In this document: piece after piece, positions 1-9,868 of the stretch
Layout: each line of letters starts with the position of its first letter
Numbering within the stretch: the stretch's first letter is position 1
DNA from: an uncultured Pseudomonadota bacterium
GTDB lineage: Bacteria; Pseudomonadota; Alphaproteobacteria; RF32; CAG-239
Direction: 5' to 3'
NCBI GenBank assembly: GCA_902494875.1
Contig: CABUUO010000002.1
Coordinates: 166,671 to 230,670 of the forward strand
Length of the DNA: 64,000 nucleotides
Notes under the pieces: model-generated
Databases searched by the model: none
What the model saw: the letters and a program-made list of their open reading frames with translations, nothing else
What the model was told of the DNA's origin: nothing
Program-made: the position numbers and the translations under genes

Positions 1-15
1 CTTCCTGCATCTGCG

Positions 16-1047
16 TCAGAAATTCCACATACTGTTGCGTTTGACTTTAGGTTTAACCACCTTGATGTTCGGTTTTTTGGCTTTAATGGCCCGCCAGTCC
101 CACGGCATATAGAAACGTCCCTGCCACAAACCGACACGCTGTTTCATAGCGTTGTCCTGATAAGGCATATAAATGTCGGTATATTTGGTATAGGCCACAG
201 CCCAGCCGGCATTTACCAAAGCGGCACCAAGATCATATTGTCCAAGCGAGCAGACGCCGACCATGTTGCCGCGGGCATCCTGCTGCATAATGCGACACTC
301 AAGCTCGTTGTCTGTTATCCAATCGCGCAACCAGGTTGCCGCCTGACGCCCACAGTGATAAGAACGCCCGCTGCGGTTGGCACAGGTTTGATCCGATTCA
401 GGCGCATCAATACCAAACAGACGAATATAGCGTCCGTTCATTTTCAGCGTATCGCCGTTTACAACGCTGACGCTGCCGTAAACAGCCGGATAATCAGCCG
501 GATTGAGACTGGCCTGAGGCTGCGATTTTCCACCAAAAGATCCCATCAGTTTACTGAAAGTTCCGGCAGACTGTTCCGGTACATTTTGCGCCTGCATTCT
601 CTTTTGCTGCGCAAATTCAGCCTGAGCGCGAGCCACGGCTTCCTGACATTCGCCGGCACATTCTTCGCTGATCTCAACAGCCTCCGTATCTATATCGTCT
701 TCATCTATGAGACTGAACGTTCCCTGCGGAACCTGAGAAACGCCGGCAGCAGGCTGTTGTCCGAGAAAAGCACGCATGGTTGGTATAATGCCGGTTACGC
801 CGTTGCTGAAACCGCCGATGGCATAGAGAATAAAAGCAAAAATACCGGTTATAATCAGCAAAGAAGGCAGGCAACCCATTGCCCGCCAAGCCATTTTGAC
901 AAAGATATATAAAACGACTAAACCGATAATCAAGCCGATAAAACCGCCGCCCTGCAGCAACGTATTATTGCTTTGGGTTCCGGCACCTCCCCAGAGAATC
1001 AGGAAAAAAGCGCCCAAAGCCGTCAGAGTTTTTTTAAGAAAAGCCAT
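16..1047 (-). CDS. Membrane-anchored staphylococcal-nuclease (SNase/thermonuclease) family protein. The N-terminal part has several hydrophobic segments plus a Q/A-rich linker; the C-terminal domain carries GDTL...IRLFGIDAPE and downstream W/Y-rich SNase-like motifs.
   Basis: Complete 343-aa ORF. The C-terminal motifs match the micrococcal-nuclease fold signature (GDT...R..GIDAPE). The N-terminus is strongly hydrophobic. Confidence 0.55.
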   Translation of the reverse strand: MAFLKKTLTALGAFFLILWGGAGTQSNNTLLQGGGFIGLIIGLVVLYIFVKMAWRAMGCLPSLLIITGIFAFILYAIGGFSNGVTGIIPTMRAFLGQQPAAGVSQVPQGTFSLIDEDDIDTEAVEISEECAGECQEAVARAQAEFAQQKRMQAQNVPEQSAGTFSKLMGSFGGKSQPQASLNPADYPAVYGSVSVVNGDTLKMNGRYIRLFGIDAPESDQTCANRSGRSYHCGRQAATWLRDWITDNELECRIMQQDARGNMVGVCSLGQYDLGAALVNAGWAVAYTKYTDIYMPYQDNAMKQRVGLWQGRFYMPWDWRAIKAKKPNIKVVKPKVKRNSMWNF

Positions 1048-1178
1048 TCTTATCTTCCCACCATTTATCTGATATTTTTATATTAGCCTATAATATATTC
1101 CTGACAATATTATTTTTTGGTAAATATATGGTTACTACCGCAAAAACAACACAAAAACCAAATTATGGATGAGAAAAA

Positions 1179-1481
1179 CTATTTTACAGTATTTTCCTTT
1201 AAAGGAGAAATATCGTTGAAAAAGCGGCTGAATCCCGAAGCGCTGACTTCTAACAGCCCAAAATAATTAAGACAAAACAGGAGCAAAGCCGTAATAATGA
1301 TGAAAACAAGTATTTTCCAGGCTATTTTTGCAAAGAAATTCAAAAGCAGCAGGCCAACGACAAATGCCAATATTATTCCGCCTTTGCAAAACAACGCTTT
1401 GGCATCGACATCAAACACGGCTAAAACGAATATGCCGAGACTGACCAGAGCCAAAAACAGATATTCTACAAAAATCAGCAT
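1179..1481 (-). CDS. Small hypothetical membrane protein (100 aa, about 3 TM helices).
   Basis: ORF with strongly hydrophobic composition. No recognisable motif. Confidence 0.3.
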   Translation of the reverse strand: MLIFVEYLFLALVSLGIFVLAVFDVDAKALFCKGGIILAFVVGLLLLNFFAKIAWKILVFIIITALLLFCLNYFGLLEVSASGFSRFFNDISPLKENTVK

Positions 1482-1545
1482 TCTTTTCCTTAAAAACCAA
1501 AAAAGAGCAGAGGTTTATCCCCTGCCCTTTCAAACAAAAAACCTG

Positions 1546-1794
1546 CTATTCTGCCGCTTGCGTATCAGCAGCTTTGCAATAGCAATGGCAATGACAAATG
1601 CCATCGCGCTCGATATCCTGACGGCAGGTTTCCGAAATGCAATAGCGCTTTTCGTTGTTGCCGTCACAGGGGCAGCGCTGCCATTCTTTTTCGCCAAACA
1701 TCATGGTTTTGGCTTTGGCAATTTTTTCTACGTTCGGTGTTGTGGCATAACCCGCTTCAGAACATCTTTTCAACATATTTTCCAAAATGGTCAT
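1546..1794 (-). CDS. Small Cys-rich protein resembling the ferredoxin-thioredoxin reductase catalytic (beta) subunit: CPC ... C..C ... CHCHC motif spacing.
   Basis: 82-aa ORF containing RCPCDG...YCISETC...ICHCHCYC. The CPC/CHC arrangement is the hallmark of FTR-beta-like 4Fe-4S/disulfide proteins. Confidence 0.35.
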   Translation of the reverse strand: MTILENMLKRCSEAGYATTPNVEKIAKAKTMMFGEKEWQRCPCDGNNEKRYCISETCRQDIERDGICHCHCYCKAADTQAAE

Positions 1795-1811
1795 TTTATA
1801 TCTCTCTTAAG

Positions 1812-2786
1812 TTAATCTACGACTTTTATTGAAAACTTCTCCGAGCCCGCAGTCTGAGAATCAGTTTTAAATACAGCGTTAACCGCAGGCTGGGATTCAT
1901 TTTTCCGTTTTTGTTCCAAAATCTCGATAATCATATCAAGCTCGGCAACGGAAGCATACTGCAATACAACTTTGCCGCCGCCCTGCTTGCTTGGCGTGAT
2001 TTTGATACGGAGTCCCAACTCCCGGTTCAAATCTTTTTCTATGCTCTCAAGGTCTTCGTCCTTTGCCTTGGGCGCTTTTTCTTTTTTCGGTTCTTTCTGT
2101 TTGGCCACCAGTTCTTCTACCTGGCGGACGTTCAAGTCTTTTTCAATAATAGTTTTGGCAAGGCTCAGGGCATTCTCCAAACCGACCAAAGCGCGGGCAT
2201 GACCGGCGGAAAGTTTGCCTTCCTTTACCAAAGCCTGAACTTCTTCAGGCAGATTTAATAATCTCAGCATATTCGCGATATGACTGCGCGACTTGCCGAC
2301 GATCTGCGACAAAGCTTCCTGCGTATGGGAAAACTCGTTAATCAGACGCTGAAAACCTTCCGCCTCTTCAATGGCCGACAGGTTTTCGCGCAGCAGATTC
2401 TCAACCAACGCAACTTCAAGAACTTCTTTGTCGTTCAGCTCTTTTATTATAACAGGAACTTTATCAAGTCCAGCAATTTTTGACGCCCGCCATCTTCTTT
2501 CGCCGGCAATCAGCTCATATTTTCCGCCTTGGCGACGGACAAGCAGAGGCTGCAAAACGCCTTTTTCCCTGATGGATTCAGCCAAAGAATCCAAAGCTTC
2601 GGCATCAAATTCGGTACGGGGCTGATACTTGCCCGGAACAATGTCGGAGATGGGGATAAAATCAGCATTTTTTGACGATGCATGCGGGCGGACCGGTTCA
2701 TTTAAATCGGCCAAATCCAAATCTTCGTCGCCAAGCAAAGCACCCAAACCGCGACCAAGGCTTTTTCTTTTGTTTTCTTCTAACAT
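1812..2786 (-). CDS. parB: Chromosome partitioning protein ParB. The longest ORF extends to 2855, but the likely start is the M at 2786, giving MLEENKRKSLGRGLGALLG.
   Basis: Shows the ParB N-terminal GRGLGAL box, an HTH region (SQIVGKSRSHIANMLRLL) and a C-terminal dimerisation region. It lies immediately downstream of parA on the same strand. Confidence 0.9.
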   Translation of the reverse strand: MLEENKRKSLGRGLGALLGDEDLDLADLNEPVRPHASSKNADFIPISDIVPGKYQPRTEFDAEALDSLAESIREKGVLQPLLVRRQGGKYELIAGERRWRASKIAGLDKVPVIIKELNDKEVLEVALVENLLRENLSAIEEAEGFQRLINEFSHTQEALSQIVGKSRSHIANMLRLLNLPEEVQALVKEGKLSAGHARALVGLENALSLAKTIIEKDLNVRQVEELVAKQKEPKKEKAPKAKDEDLESIEKDLNRELGLRIKITPSKQGGGKVVLQYASVAELDMIIEILEQKRKNESQPAVNAVFKTDSQTAGSEKFSIKVVD

Positions 2787-3559
2787 GCCATCAATTCCTT
2801 TTCTCTTTTCAAAACTTCTCCGGTTAGGCTGATATAAGCCTGAGAGCCCGGACATTTAAAATCATAAATCAGCACCGGCTTGCCGTGCGACGGCGCCTCA
2901 GAAATTCTGACGTTTCTCGGAATAACCGTCTGATAAACCTTTTTGCCGAAAAAGTTTCTGACATCGTCTTCAACCATTTGGCTGAGATTGTTTCTTTTAT
3001 CATACATGGTCAGAACAACCCCCTGCAATTCGAGCTCGGGATTGAACTTGCGTTTAATCTGGTTGATATTGCGAATCAGGTCCGTTATGCCCTCCAAAGC
3101 CAAAAATTCACATTGTAGGGGAACGATGACGGCGTTGGCCGCAACAAGCGCGTTAATCGTTATCAAGTTAAGCGAAGGCGGACAGTCTATAAGTACATAG
3201 TCATAGTTGACGGCATCATAAGCAAGAGCATTTTTTAAGGCAAACTCCCGATGCTCAACGTCAACCAGTTCAATTTCGGCTCCGGCCAGGTCCGGCGACG
3301 ATGGAACAATTGAAAAATTTGGAATCTCGGTCCAAACGATCGATTCACATAATTTGGCCGTGCCAATCAATACTTCATAAGAGGAGTTCATGCGGCCGCG
3401 CTTGTTTACGCCCATTGAGGTTGAGGCATTTCCCTGTGGATCCAAATCAATTACCAAAACCTTTTTTCCGGCGGCGGCCATGGCGGTGGCAACGTTGACC
3501 GTCGTGGTGGTTTTTCCGACGCCGCCTTTGCGGTTTGCGATGGCAATAATTCTTGGCAT
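2780..3559 (-). CDS. parA: Chromosome partitioning ATPase ParA (Soj).
   Basis: Deviant Walker A KGGVGKTTT is near the N-terminus. Length 259 aa. Sits in the parAB operon context. Confidence 0.92.
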   Translation of the reverse strand: MPRIIAIANRKGGVGKTTTTVNVATAMAAAGKKVLVIDLDPQGNASTSMGVNKRGRMNSSYEVLIGTAKLCESIVWTEIPNFSIVPSSPDLAGAEIELVDVEHREFALKNALAYDAVNYDYVLIDCPPSLNLITINALVAANAVIVPLQCEFLALEGITDLIRNINQIKRKFNPELELQGVVLTMYDKRNNLSQMVEDDVRNFFGKKVYQTVIPRNVRISEAPSHGKPVLIYDFKCPGSQAYISLTGEVLKREKELMAC

Positions 3560-3570
3560 TTATTATCTCC

Positions 3571-4185
3571 TTATTTCTTATTCAGACCGGTTATAACTAA
3601 AATTTTACCTTCGTTGCTTTGTTCACTGGCAAAAATTTCCACATTAAAATTCCATTGTCTGCGGGCTTCCAAAATTTCTTCGGCATATTTTTTGCCTTTC
3701 GGAAAAATGCAGACTGTTTCTTTTTTGCAAAATTTATAGGTATAGGCCAAAAGTTCTTTTAAGGACGCCATGGCACGCGAGGTGATAACGTCGGCCTTTT
3801 CGACTTTCAGATTTTCAATGCGATCATTAACAATTTCAACATCCGCATGCGTCAGTTCGGCAACAGCTTTTAAATACAGTGTCTTTTTTCTAATACTTTC
3901 AATCAGCCGCACTTTTAAATACGGTGTTTTTTCTTTAAGCATAATTGCCAGCACCATACCCGGGAAACCAGCACCAGAGCCGAAATCATACATTACACGC
4001 GCCGTTTGCGGAATATATTTTATCAGCTGAGCGGAATCAAGAAAATGGCGATTCCAGCAGTCGTTCAACGATGCATTGCTGACCAGATTGAATTTTTTCT
4101 GCCACTCAAAAAGAGAGGCTTCATAGGCTTTCAACCGGTCAAATGTTTCACGTGAAACATTGTATGTGTCTATAAAATTTTTCAT
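3571..4185 (-). CDS. rsmG: 16S rRNA (guanine527-N7)-methyltransferase RsmG (GidB).
   Basis: 204 aa with the SAM-MTase motif DFGSGAGFPG. Lies in the canonical position between parA and mnmG. Contains a perfect parS. Confidence 0.9.
   Translation of the reverse strand: MKNFIDTYNVSRETFDRLKAYEASLFEWQKKFNLVSNASLNDCWNRHFLDSAQLIKYIPQTARVMYDFGSGAGFPGMVLAIMLKEKTPYLKVRLIESIRKKTLYLKAVAELTHADVEIVNDRIENLKVEKADVITSRAMASLKELLAYTYKFCKKETVCIFPKGKKYAEEILEARRQWNFNVEIFASEQSNEGKILVITGLNKK
4144..4159. promoter_or_regulatory. parS centromere site TGTTTCACGTGAAACA (perfect 16-bp palindrome) inside the 5' end of rsmG.
   Basis: Exact match to the universal parS consensus tGTTtCAcGTGaAACa. parS sites characteristically lie within gidA/gidB/parAB near the origin. 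Confidence 0.75.
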
Positions 4186-4315
4186 AAAATATTTATATAA
4201 TTTTTGAAAATTATTTAAAACACAAAAACCCGAGTTATAAACACATATTTTACAACAAAGAGAAAAGAATCTTTTTACAACAAGTTAGACAACGTTTCTT
4301 GAATCTGTTTTTGAA

Positions 4316-5131
4316 CTATTTGAGAGAAAAACGCACCTGGCAACCGAGCTCTTTTAACAGATTCTCGGCTCGTTCGAAATGCTGGCCAATTTGCTCGACA
4401 CGATGTGCGTCGTCGCTGATTAAGGTCGGGACCCGACGTTTGCACAGTTCTTTCAACATCCAGGTATTGGGATGCTGCTCGTTGATGCGATTATAGCCGC
4501 TGGTATTGACCTCAAAGGGTTGTTTGCGTTTATCCAGCGCCTCAATAATCTGCCAGCGGTACTCGTCATATTCCGGCTTGTCGGGAATTTTGATGACACA
4601 ATAATCAAGGTGCGCCATAAAATCGTAATAACCGCTGTTGATAGATTCGATGACATTGCGCCAATGGCCGCGAATACATTCGGTCAAAAAATCCCGATCA
4701 AAATCGGCGGGAAGATATTTGAGATGATAAAGGTTACAGATAAAACTTTCATCCTTATTCATAACAAAATGATTGGTACCGATAAGATAATCAAAATCAA
4801 GCGCCTTTTGAAGCCGCTCAAAGCCACGGCGCCACTCTGCCGACTGAAAGAAGTCGGCTTCCGCGCCAACCAGAACGTTAATTTTGTGGCGGCTGCCTAC
4901 TTCACGGATTAAATCAATACTGCGCTTATGGATATCAATTGCCTTGTCAATATCAGCCAAAAACATAGGTTCGTGCGAAGTATCGACATTAGGGTGCCAA
5001 ATGAGGTGATTGGAAACGCCAATGGTTTTGAACCCCATTTCTTCAGCTCTGGATATCATTTCCTCGGCACTGTTATGACCGTCAAAAAAGTTAAAATTGT
5101 TATTATGGGTATGATAAGTAAAATCCTGCAT
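4316..5131 (-). CDS. PHP-domain phosphoesterase (histidinol-phosphatase-like, HisJ/PHP family).
   Basis: 271 aa. N-terminal YHTHNNNFNFFDGHNS matches the PHP H-x-H...D-G metal-binding motif. Further His/Asp clusters are spread through the sequence. Confidence 0.65.
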   Translation of the reverse strand: MQDFTYHTHNNNFNFFDGHNSAEEMISRAEEMGFKTIGVSNHLIWHPNVDTSHEPMFLADIDKAIDIHKRSIDLIREVGSRHKINVLVGAEADFFQSAEWRRGFERLQKALDFDYLIGTNHFVMNKDESFICNLYHLKYLPADFDRDFLTECIRGHWRNVIESINSGYYDFMAHLDYCVIKIPDKPEYDEYRWQIIEALDKRKQPFEVNTSGYNRINEQHPNTWMLKELCKRRVPTLISDDAHRVEQIGQHFERAENLLKELGCQVRFSLK

Positions 5132-5132
5132 A

Positions 5133-6554
5133 TTATTTTATTCCGGGCAGGGCAGGGATTTCTCTGCCATTTGCCGAAGCTTTAATGTTTATTCCCAGTT
5201 TTTGCATATTTTCCAGCAGGTCAGGATAGCCTCGAAGAGCAAAACTTGGTTCATTGACGATACTTTCACCTTCAGCTGTTGCTGCGGCCAAAATTACCGA
5301 CATGGTACCGCGCAAATCGGTTCCTTTGGCCTCTCCGCTGTGCAGAGACGAGGGGTGAATGTTGATATAGAGGTTTTTAGCGCTGGCCTGCTGTCCGCTG
5401 ACAACATCAAACTGATGATAATCAAACTGAAGACCAAACTTAGCCAGTTCAGCCAAATGTGCATATCGGCCGGGCCAAATCATATCGGAAATTACGGAAG
5501 AGGTCTGAGCCTGAGCCAAAACCGGCGTCCAAATCTGCTGTAAATCGGTTTCAAACCCCGGAAACGGTGACATCTGCATAATAAAACCGTCAAATTTTTT
5601 CCTGTTCCTGAAATCCAAATTCAATTTAGTCAAATCAGGAGAAAAATAAATGCCCTTATCAAACATTCTGGTCAGTTGGCCAATCCAAGGACTGCAATGT
5701 TCAAAATTTATGCCGTCCAACTGAACTTCACCCTGAGTTGACAAGGTCAGCAAAGCATAGGTTGCAGCTTCAAGACGGTCAGGAATAACCGAAAATTCTA
5801 TTCCATGCAAAAGACCGGTATTTTTGCCGTCATAAATCAGGCCGGTACGTTCATTTCCCATCAGTCCCAGTCCCATATTCTGCAGCATATTAATGAGGTT
5901 TGAAACTTCTGGTTCCAAAGAGGCATTATACATCATCTTCAGCTGATTAGATCCGGCAACGGACAAAAGCCAGTGAAAGGTTGCTCCGTGAGACGGTTTA
6001 GCCGTGGTGTAAACCGGACACAAATCATCAGGCTCGACAGACGGCAATGTAAAAGACAAATAGGAATATTTGTCGTTATCTTTACTTTCAACAGCAACAT
6101 GAGCACCAAAAACGTTTTTTATCAGTTCTTCGTGAAAATCGGTCGGCCGCTTACCGCCGAAAGAACAACCGCCAGGCAAACAGACTTGCAGATTGTTATA
6201 TTCACCGGTGCGCTTGAAACGCGCCAGAAGAGAACCCCAAAGATAGTAGCTGGCTCTGAAATTGGCTGCCTGATGCGAAATGACGTTTTTGTTGATCTTG
6301 GCAGCATGGAGACGAAGACGGCGTTCACGCGGATTAAAACTCACATCAACGCCGATGTCTTGCATAATCTGTCCCATTTCCAAAACATCGGTAATATAAG
6401 GAACATTGTTTAAGACAACCGGTTCATCAGTCAATAACGATGCAGCCATTAAACCCAAAATCGAATTTTTGGCGCCGCTAATTTTTATATGTCCCTGTGC
6501 AGGCTGACCGCCGTTTACAGCTAATTTTTCGGGAATAAAAAAGTTTTCAGTCAA
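5133..6554 (-). CDS. murA: UDP-N-acetylglucosamine 1-carboxyvinyltransferase MurA (enolpyruvyl transferase), 473 aa, with insertions relative to E. coli MurA.
   Basis: N-terminal ISGAKNSILGLMAASLL matches MurA ISGAKNAALPILFAALL. The active-site loop LPGGCSFGGKRPTDFH carries the catalytic Cys. FPGFETD and a C-terminal TDLRG...AEGESIV...RGY...L..LG block align along the whole MurA length. Confidence 0.8.
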   Translation of the reverse strand: MTENFFIPEKLAVNGGQPAQGHIKISGAKNSILGLMAASLLTDEPVVLNNVPYITDVLEMGQIMQDIGVDVSFNPRERRLRLHAAKINKNVISHQAANFRASYYLWGSLLARFKRTGEYNNLQVCLPGGCSFGGKRPTDFHEELIKNVFGAHVAVESKDNDKYSYLSFTLPSVEPDDLCPVYTTAKPSHGATFHWLLSVAGSNQLKMMYNASLEPEVSNLINMLQNMGLGLMGNERTGLIYDGKNTGLLHGIEFSVIPDRLEAATYALLTLSTQGEVQLDGINFEHCSPWIGQLTRMFDKGIYFSPDLTKLNLDFRNRKKFDGFIMQMSPFPGFETDLQQIWTPVLAQAQTSSVISDMIWPGRYAHLAELAKFGLQFDYHQFDVVSGQQASAKNLYINIHPSSLHSGEAKGTDLRGTMSVILAAATAEGESIVNEPSFALRGYPDLLENMQKLGINIKASANGREIPALPGIK

Positions 6555-6614
6555 TCATATTGCTCCATTGTTTCAGATATAAAATATAATAAACGAGATT
6601 TAAATTTTAGTAAA

Positions 6615-7247
6615 TCATTTTACAGTCACGCCGATCATATCATATACATCGTTATGACACAGAACATCAAAATGATTTTTAATTTTATTGTATGAGGCAA
6701 TCACAAAGAGCAGTTTATCATATGCAACATTATAACGCACGGCAATGCTCCGATAGCGTTGCTCGACGGTACAGTTGTCTCCCAGATTATTTACTGCGTC
6801 AGCCAACTGCAGCAAGCGATCGTAGTCATCATATTCAACAGTCGTCAGGTAGTTTCTGCAAAATACCATGTCCTTGCGCGGATGCGGCATAAGCCCAATA
6901 TCAAATTCCTTATCAACGAAATTATGCGTAATGGAAATTTTTGCTAGCTGCGGCCATCCTTTCTGACATAAAAGATGATATCCGACAACGCCATGATAAT
7001 CGCCGGTAGCATATTCGTCGACAATACGCCCGCAATCGTGCAGCAATCCCATAACATAGGCCAAATCAGCGTTTAAATACGGTGTCTTGGAAGCAATCGT
7101 TTCCGCTATGATTGCGACACCGTGGCAATGACGGCGAAAAGTATCTTCCATATTACCTCGAAAAGGATAAGGCGTTTTATTGCGCTCGGCAATAACCCAT
7201 TCAAAAAAATCAACGGCTTCGGAACGGCTCGGAAACGGCATATTCAT
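6615..7247 (-). CDS. HD-domain metal-dependent phosphohydrolase. The likely start is M19 of the longer ORF, which runs to 7301.
   Basis: Contains the HD motifs H..GVA...LLHDCGR. Using the longer ORF start would overlap the 3' end of mnmG. Confidence 0.55.
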   Translation of the reverse strand: MNMPFPSRSEAVDFFEWVIAERNKTPYPFRGNMEDTFRRHCHGVAIIAETIASKTPYLNADLAYVMGLLHDCGRIVDEYATGDYHGVVGYHLLCQKGWPQLAKISITHNFVDKEFDIGLMPHPRKDMVFCRNYLTTVEYDDYDRLLQLADAVNNLGDNCTVEQRYRSIAVRYNVAYDKLLFVIASYNKIKNHFDVLCHNDVYDMIGVTVK

Positions 7248-7251
7248 CGGA

Positions 7252-9099
7252 CTACCTTTTAACATACCCGAGAACGGCGGTGATTGCCGCCGGCGTAACA
7301 CCCGGTATACGAGATGCTTCGCCGATGGTGGAAGGCCGTACCTTGGAAAGTTTGGCGATCATTTCGCGAGAGAGTCCGCCGATTTTAGAATAATCTATAT
7401 CATCTTTAATTTTAAGGTTTTCATCTTTTTTGAAAATTTCTATATCGGCCAGCTGTCGTTTAATGTAACCGGCATAGCGCGCTTCAATTTCAATAGCGTC
7501 ATAAACAACTTCGGGCATATCTTTCAGTTCCGGCCATATGCGGATAATTGTTTCACGTGAAACGTCGTCATAAGACATAAGATTGAAAACCGTACGTTTG
7601 GTACCGTCACTTTTTACTTTTATGCCGTAAGTTTCAAGATTTTTCGGGGTGGTCAAAAGTTCCTCACAAAGCCGGCGATAATATTCTATTTGGGCTTTTT
7701 TAGCTTTAAATACACTGTATCTGTATTCACCGACGCAGCCGATCTCATATCCTTTTTCGGTCAGGCGCCAATCGGCATTGTCCGCCCGTAAAAACAGACG
7801 ATATTCGGAACGAGAGGTAAACATACGATATGGTTCGTCAACACCTTTGGTTATCAGGTCATCAATCATAACGCCTATATAAGCTTCACTGCGGTCAACC
7901 GTAAAACAACGTTTTTGACCGTTTGCCGCCAAAGCTGCGTTAATACCGGCAATCAATCCCTGGGCCGCCGCTTCTTCATAGCCCGTAGTTCCGTTAATCT
8001 GTCCGGCCAGAAACAGTCCCGGAACTTTTTTGACGGCAAGACGGTTGTCCAGCTCCTGAGGATCTACATAGTCATATTCAATGGCATAGGCATATTTCAA
8101 AATTTCGACATCTTCCAAACCTTCCATGGTATGAATGAAAGCTTCCTGAACATCTGCCGGCAGAGAAGTTGAAATTCCGTTCGGATAAACGACATCGGTA
8201 TCCAGCCCTTCAGGCTCCAAAAAAATCTGATGACTGGTACGATCGGCAAATTTAACCAGTTTATCTTCAATACTCGGACAATAGCGCGGACCGATACCGG
8301 TAATCAACCCGGAAAAGAGAGCGCACTTATCGAAATTGTCACGAATAATCTTATGGGTTTGTTCATTGGTGTGCGTGATAAAACACCGAATCTGAGGATT
8401 ACTGATTTTTTCGGTAAGATAAGAAAACGGCTGTGGCGGATTGTCTCCGTCTTGTACAGCCAATTTTTCCCAATGAATGGTTTTACCGTTCAAACGGGCA
8501 GGGGTTCCGGTCTTCAGCCGTCCTACTTTCAAGCCCAAAGACTTTAAATACGGTGTTATTCCCGTACAACTGACATCATCAATACGACCGCCGACCGTGG
8601 CCTGATGACCGACAAACATTATGCCGTTCAGGAAAGTTCCCGAAGTTAATATTACAGATTTTGCAAGCAATTGAACGCCATCAGCCAAGACAACACCTTC
8701 AACTTTGTTGTCATTGACAACCAATCCTTCCACAGCTGCCTCAATAATGTCAAGATTGTCCTGAGCGCGCAAAGCCTCAAGCATATAGCGCTTATAAAGT
8801 CTGCGGTCAGCCTGGGCTCTCGGACCGCGCACAGCCGGACCTTTCGACGCGTTAAGCATACGAAACTGTATGCCGGCCTTGTCAATTACCCGTCCCATCA
8901 GGCCGTCCAAAGCGTCTATTTCACGGACAAGATGACCTTTGCCCAAGCCGCCGATGGCCGGATTGCAGGACATTGCGCCGATGGTGTCAATATGATGTGT
9001 GACCAGTGCCGTTTTGGCGCCCATACGGGCCGCCGCCGCACAGGCCTCGCATCCGGCGTGACCACCGCCAACAACAATTACGTCATAGTTTGTATTCAT
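7252..9099 (-). CDS. mnmG: tRNA uridine 5-carboxymethylaminomethyl modification enzyme MnmG (GidA).
   Basis: 615 aa. N-terminal FAD-binding motif [14 protein letters not shown]. Typical GidA length and C-terminal domain. Confidence 0.95.
   Translation of the reverse strand: MNTNYDVIVVGGGHAGCEACAAAARMGAKTALVTHHIDTIGAMSCNPAIGGLGKGHLVREIDALDGLMGRVIDKAGIQFRMLNASKGPAVRGPRAQADRRLYKRYMLEALRAQDNLDIIEAAVEGLVVNDNKVEGVVLADGVQLLAKSVILTSGTFLNGIMFVGHQATVGGRIDDVSCTGITPYLKSLGLKVGRLKTGTPARLNGKTIHWEKLAVQDGDNPPQPFSYLTEKISNPQIRCFITHTNEQTHKIIRDNFDKCALFSGLITGIGPRYCPSIEDKLVKFADRTSHQIFLEPEGLDTDVVYPNGISTSLPADVQEAFIHTMEGLEDVEILKYAYAIEYDYVDPQELDNRLAVKKVPGLFLAGQINGTTGYEEAAAQGLIAGINAALAANGQKRCFTVDRSEAYIGVMIDDLITKGVDEPYRMFTSRSEYRLFLRADNADWRLTEKGYEIGCVGEYRYSVFKAKKAQIEYYRRLCEELLTTPKNLETYGIKVKSDGTKRTVFNLMSYDDVSRETIIRIWPELKDMPEVVYDAIEIEARYAGYIKRQLADIEIFKKDENLKIKDDIDYSKIGGLSREMIAKLSKVRPSTIGEASRIPGVTPAAITAVLGYVKR
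7549..7564. promoter_or_regulatory. parS-like site TGTTTCACGTGAAACG (15/16 match) inside mnmG.
   Basis: One mismatch to the parS consensus. Located in the classical gidA position. Confidence 0.6.
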
Positions 9100-9351
9100 T
9101 ATATCAGAGCCTTAAATTGTGCAAATTTTTCTCTGGTATAACTTAACAAATAAAAGTTAGCAAGGATTTAATGGCGGAAGATAAATAAAACGCCGTAAAA
9201 ACAGGCGATTCAACGATGTTTTGTCAGGTATCGACACAAAAAAAAGCATTTTTTATAACAAGGACGATAAATTTACGGCAATATCAGGTATAAATATGAC
9301 TTTTGAGCAAGGTTCAAAGGACTCGGAACCATTCTGCGCCAGACATAATAT

Positions 9352-9395
9352 CCCAATAAAAAAACACTGTCAAATCAGACAATTTGACAGTGTTT
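9352..9395 (-). terminator. Rho-independent terminator for the minus-strand ORF 9419..9868: a 14-bp perfect stem (AAACACTGTCAAAT / ATTTGACAGTGTTT) with a 6-nt loop, followed on the minus strand by TTTTTTTATT.
   Basis: Inverted repeat 9362..9375 / 9382..9395. On the plus strand an A-run 9358..9364 precedes it, which reads as a T-run after the stem on the minus strand. Confidence 0.6.
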
Positions 9396-9418
9396 CCAGA
9401 TTAGATCAATTAATTTTA

Positions 9419-9868
9419 TTAAAACCAGATCCCGTTGCGAGAACAGTAATCCAGCAGCGCAACAACAGCGCTTTCGGAAAAATATTCCGGGCAGCGGTAC
9501 GCCAAAGACAAAAGCAACAAAGCTTCAAGGTAGTTGTCGTAAACTTTTCCTATTCGGAAAAGCTCGATGAAATCTTCAACGGCAGCAATATAACTGCTGC
9601 GCATAGTTTCCAACTTTTCCAACTTTGCGTCAGAGTTTTCAATCAAGAGCAAAACAGGAAAGCTCTGACTGTGGTTCTCAAAAAGGCTTACAAACTCTTT
9701 TACGTCTTCAGCCAACTGTTTCAATTTTTTCCGGTCGTAAAACAGCACCTCAAGATGATCATTGTCAAAATAGTTTTGATCCATGATGATCTCAAACAAT
9801 TCTTCTTCCGGAAGCGGTTGGAGATTTTTGGAGATCAGAAAACTGATTCCCGTACTAAGCTTTCTCAT
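9419..9868 (-). CDS. Hypothetical acidic 149-aa protein inserted between mnmG and mnmE.
   Basis: ORF with protein-like composition, followed by a strong intrinsic terminator in the correct orientation. No recognisable domain. Confidence 0.4.
   Translation of the reverse strand: MRKLSTGISFLISKNLQPLPEEELFEIIMDQNYFDNDHLEVLFYDRKKLKQLAEDVKEFVSLFENHSQSFPVLLLIENSDAKLEKLETMRSSYIAAVEDFIELFRIGKVYDNYLEALLLLSLAYRCPEYFSESAVVALLDYCSRNGIWF

Noticed and set aside
238-912. 224-aa plus-strand ORF inside the SNase-like gene region
   Set aside because: It is antisense to the better-supported 16..1047 ORF, which has recognisable SNase motifs and TM helices. Its composition is R/S-rich and atypical.
5133-6554. 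MurA-like gene considered as part of a novel enolpyruvyl-transfer system with PHP/HD partners
   Set aside because: Alignment to E. coli MurA is colinear along the full length including the catalytic Cys loop. The housekeeping murA explanation is more parsimonious. It is kept only as a low-interest synteny observation.
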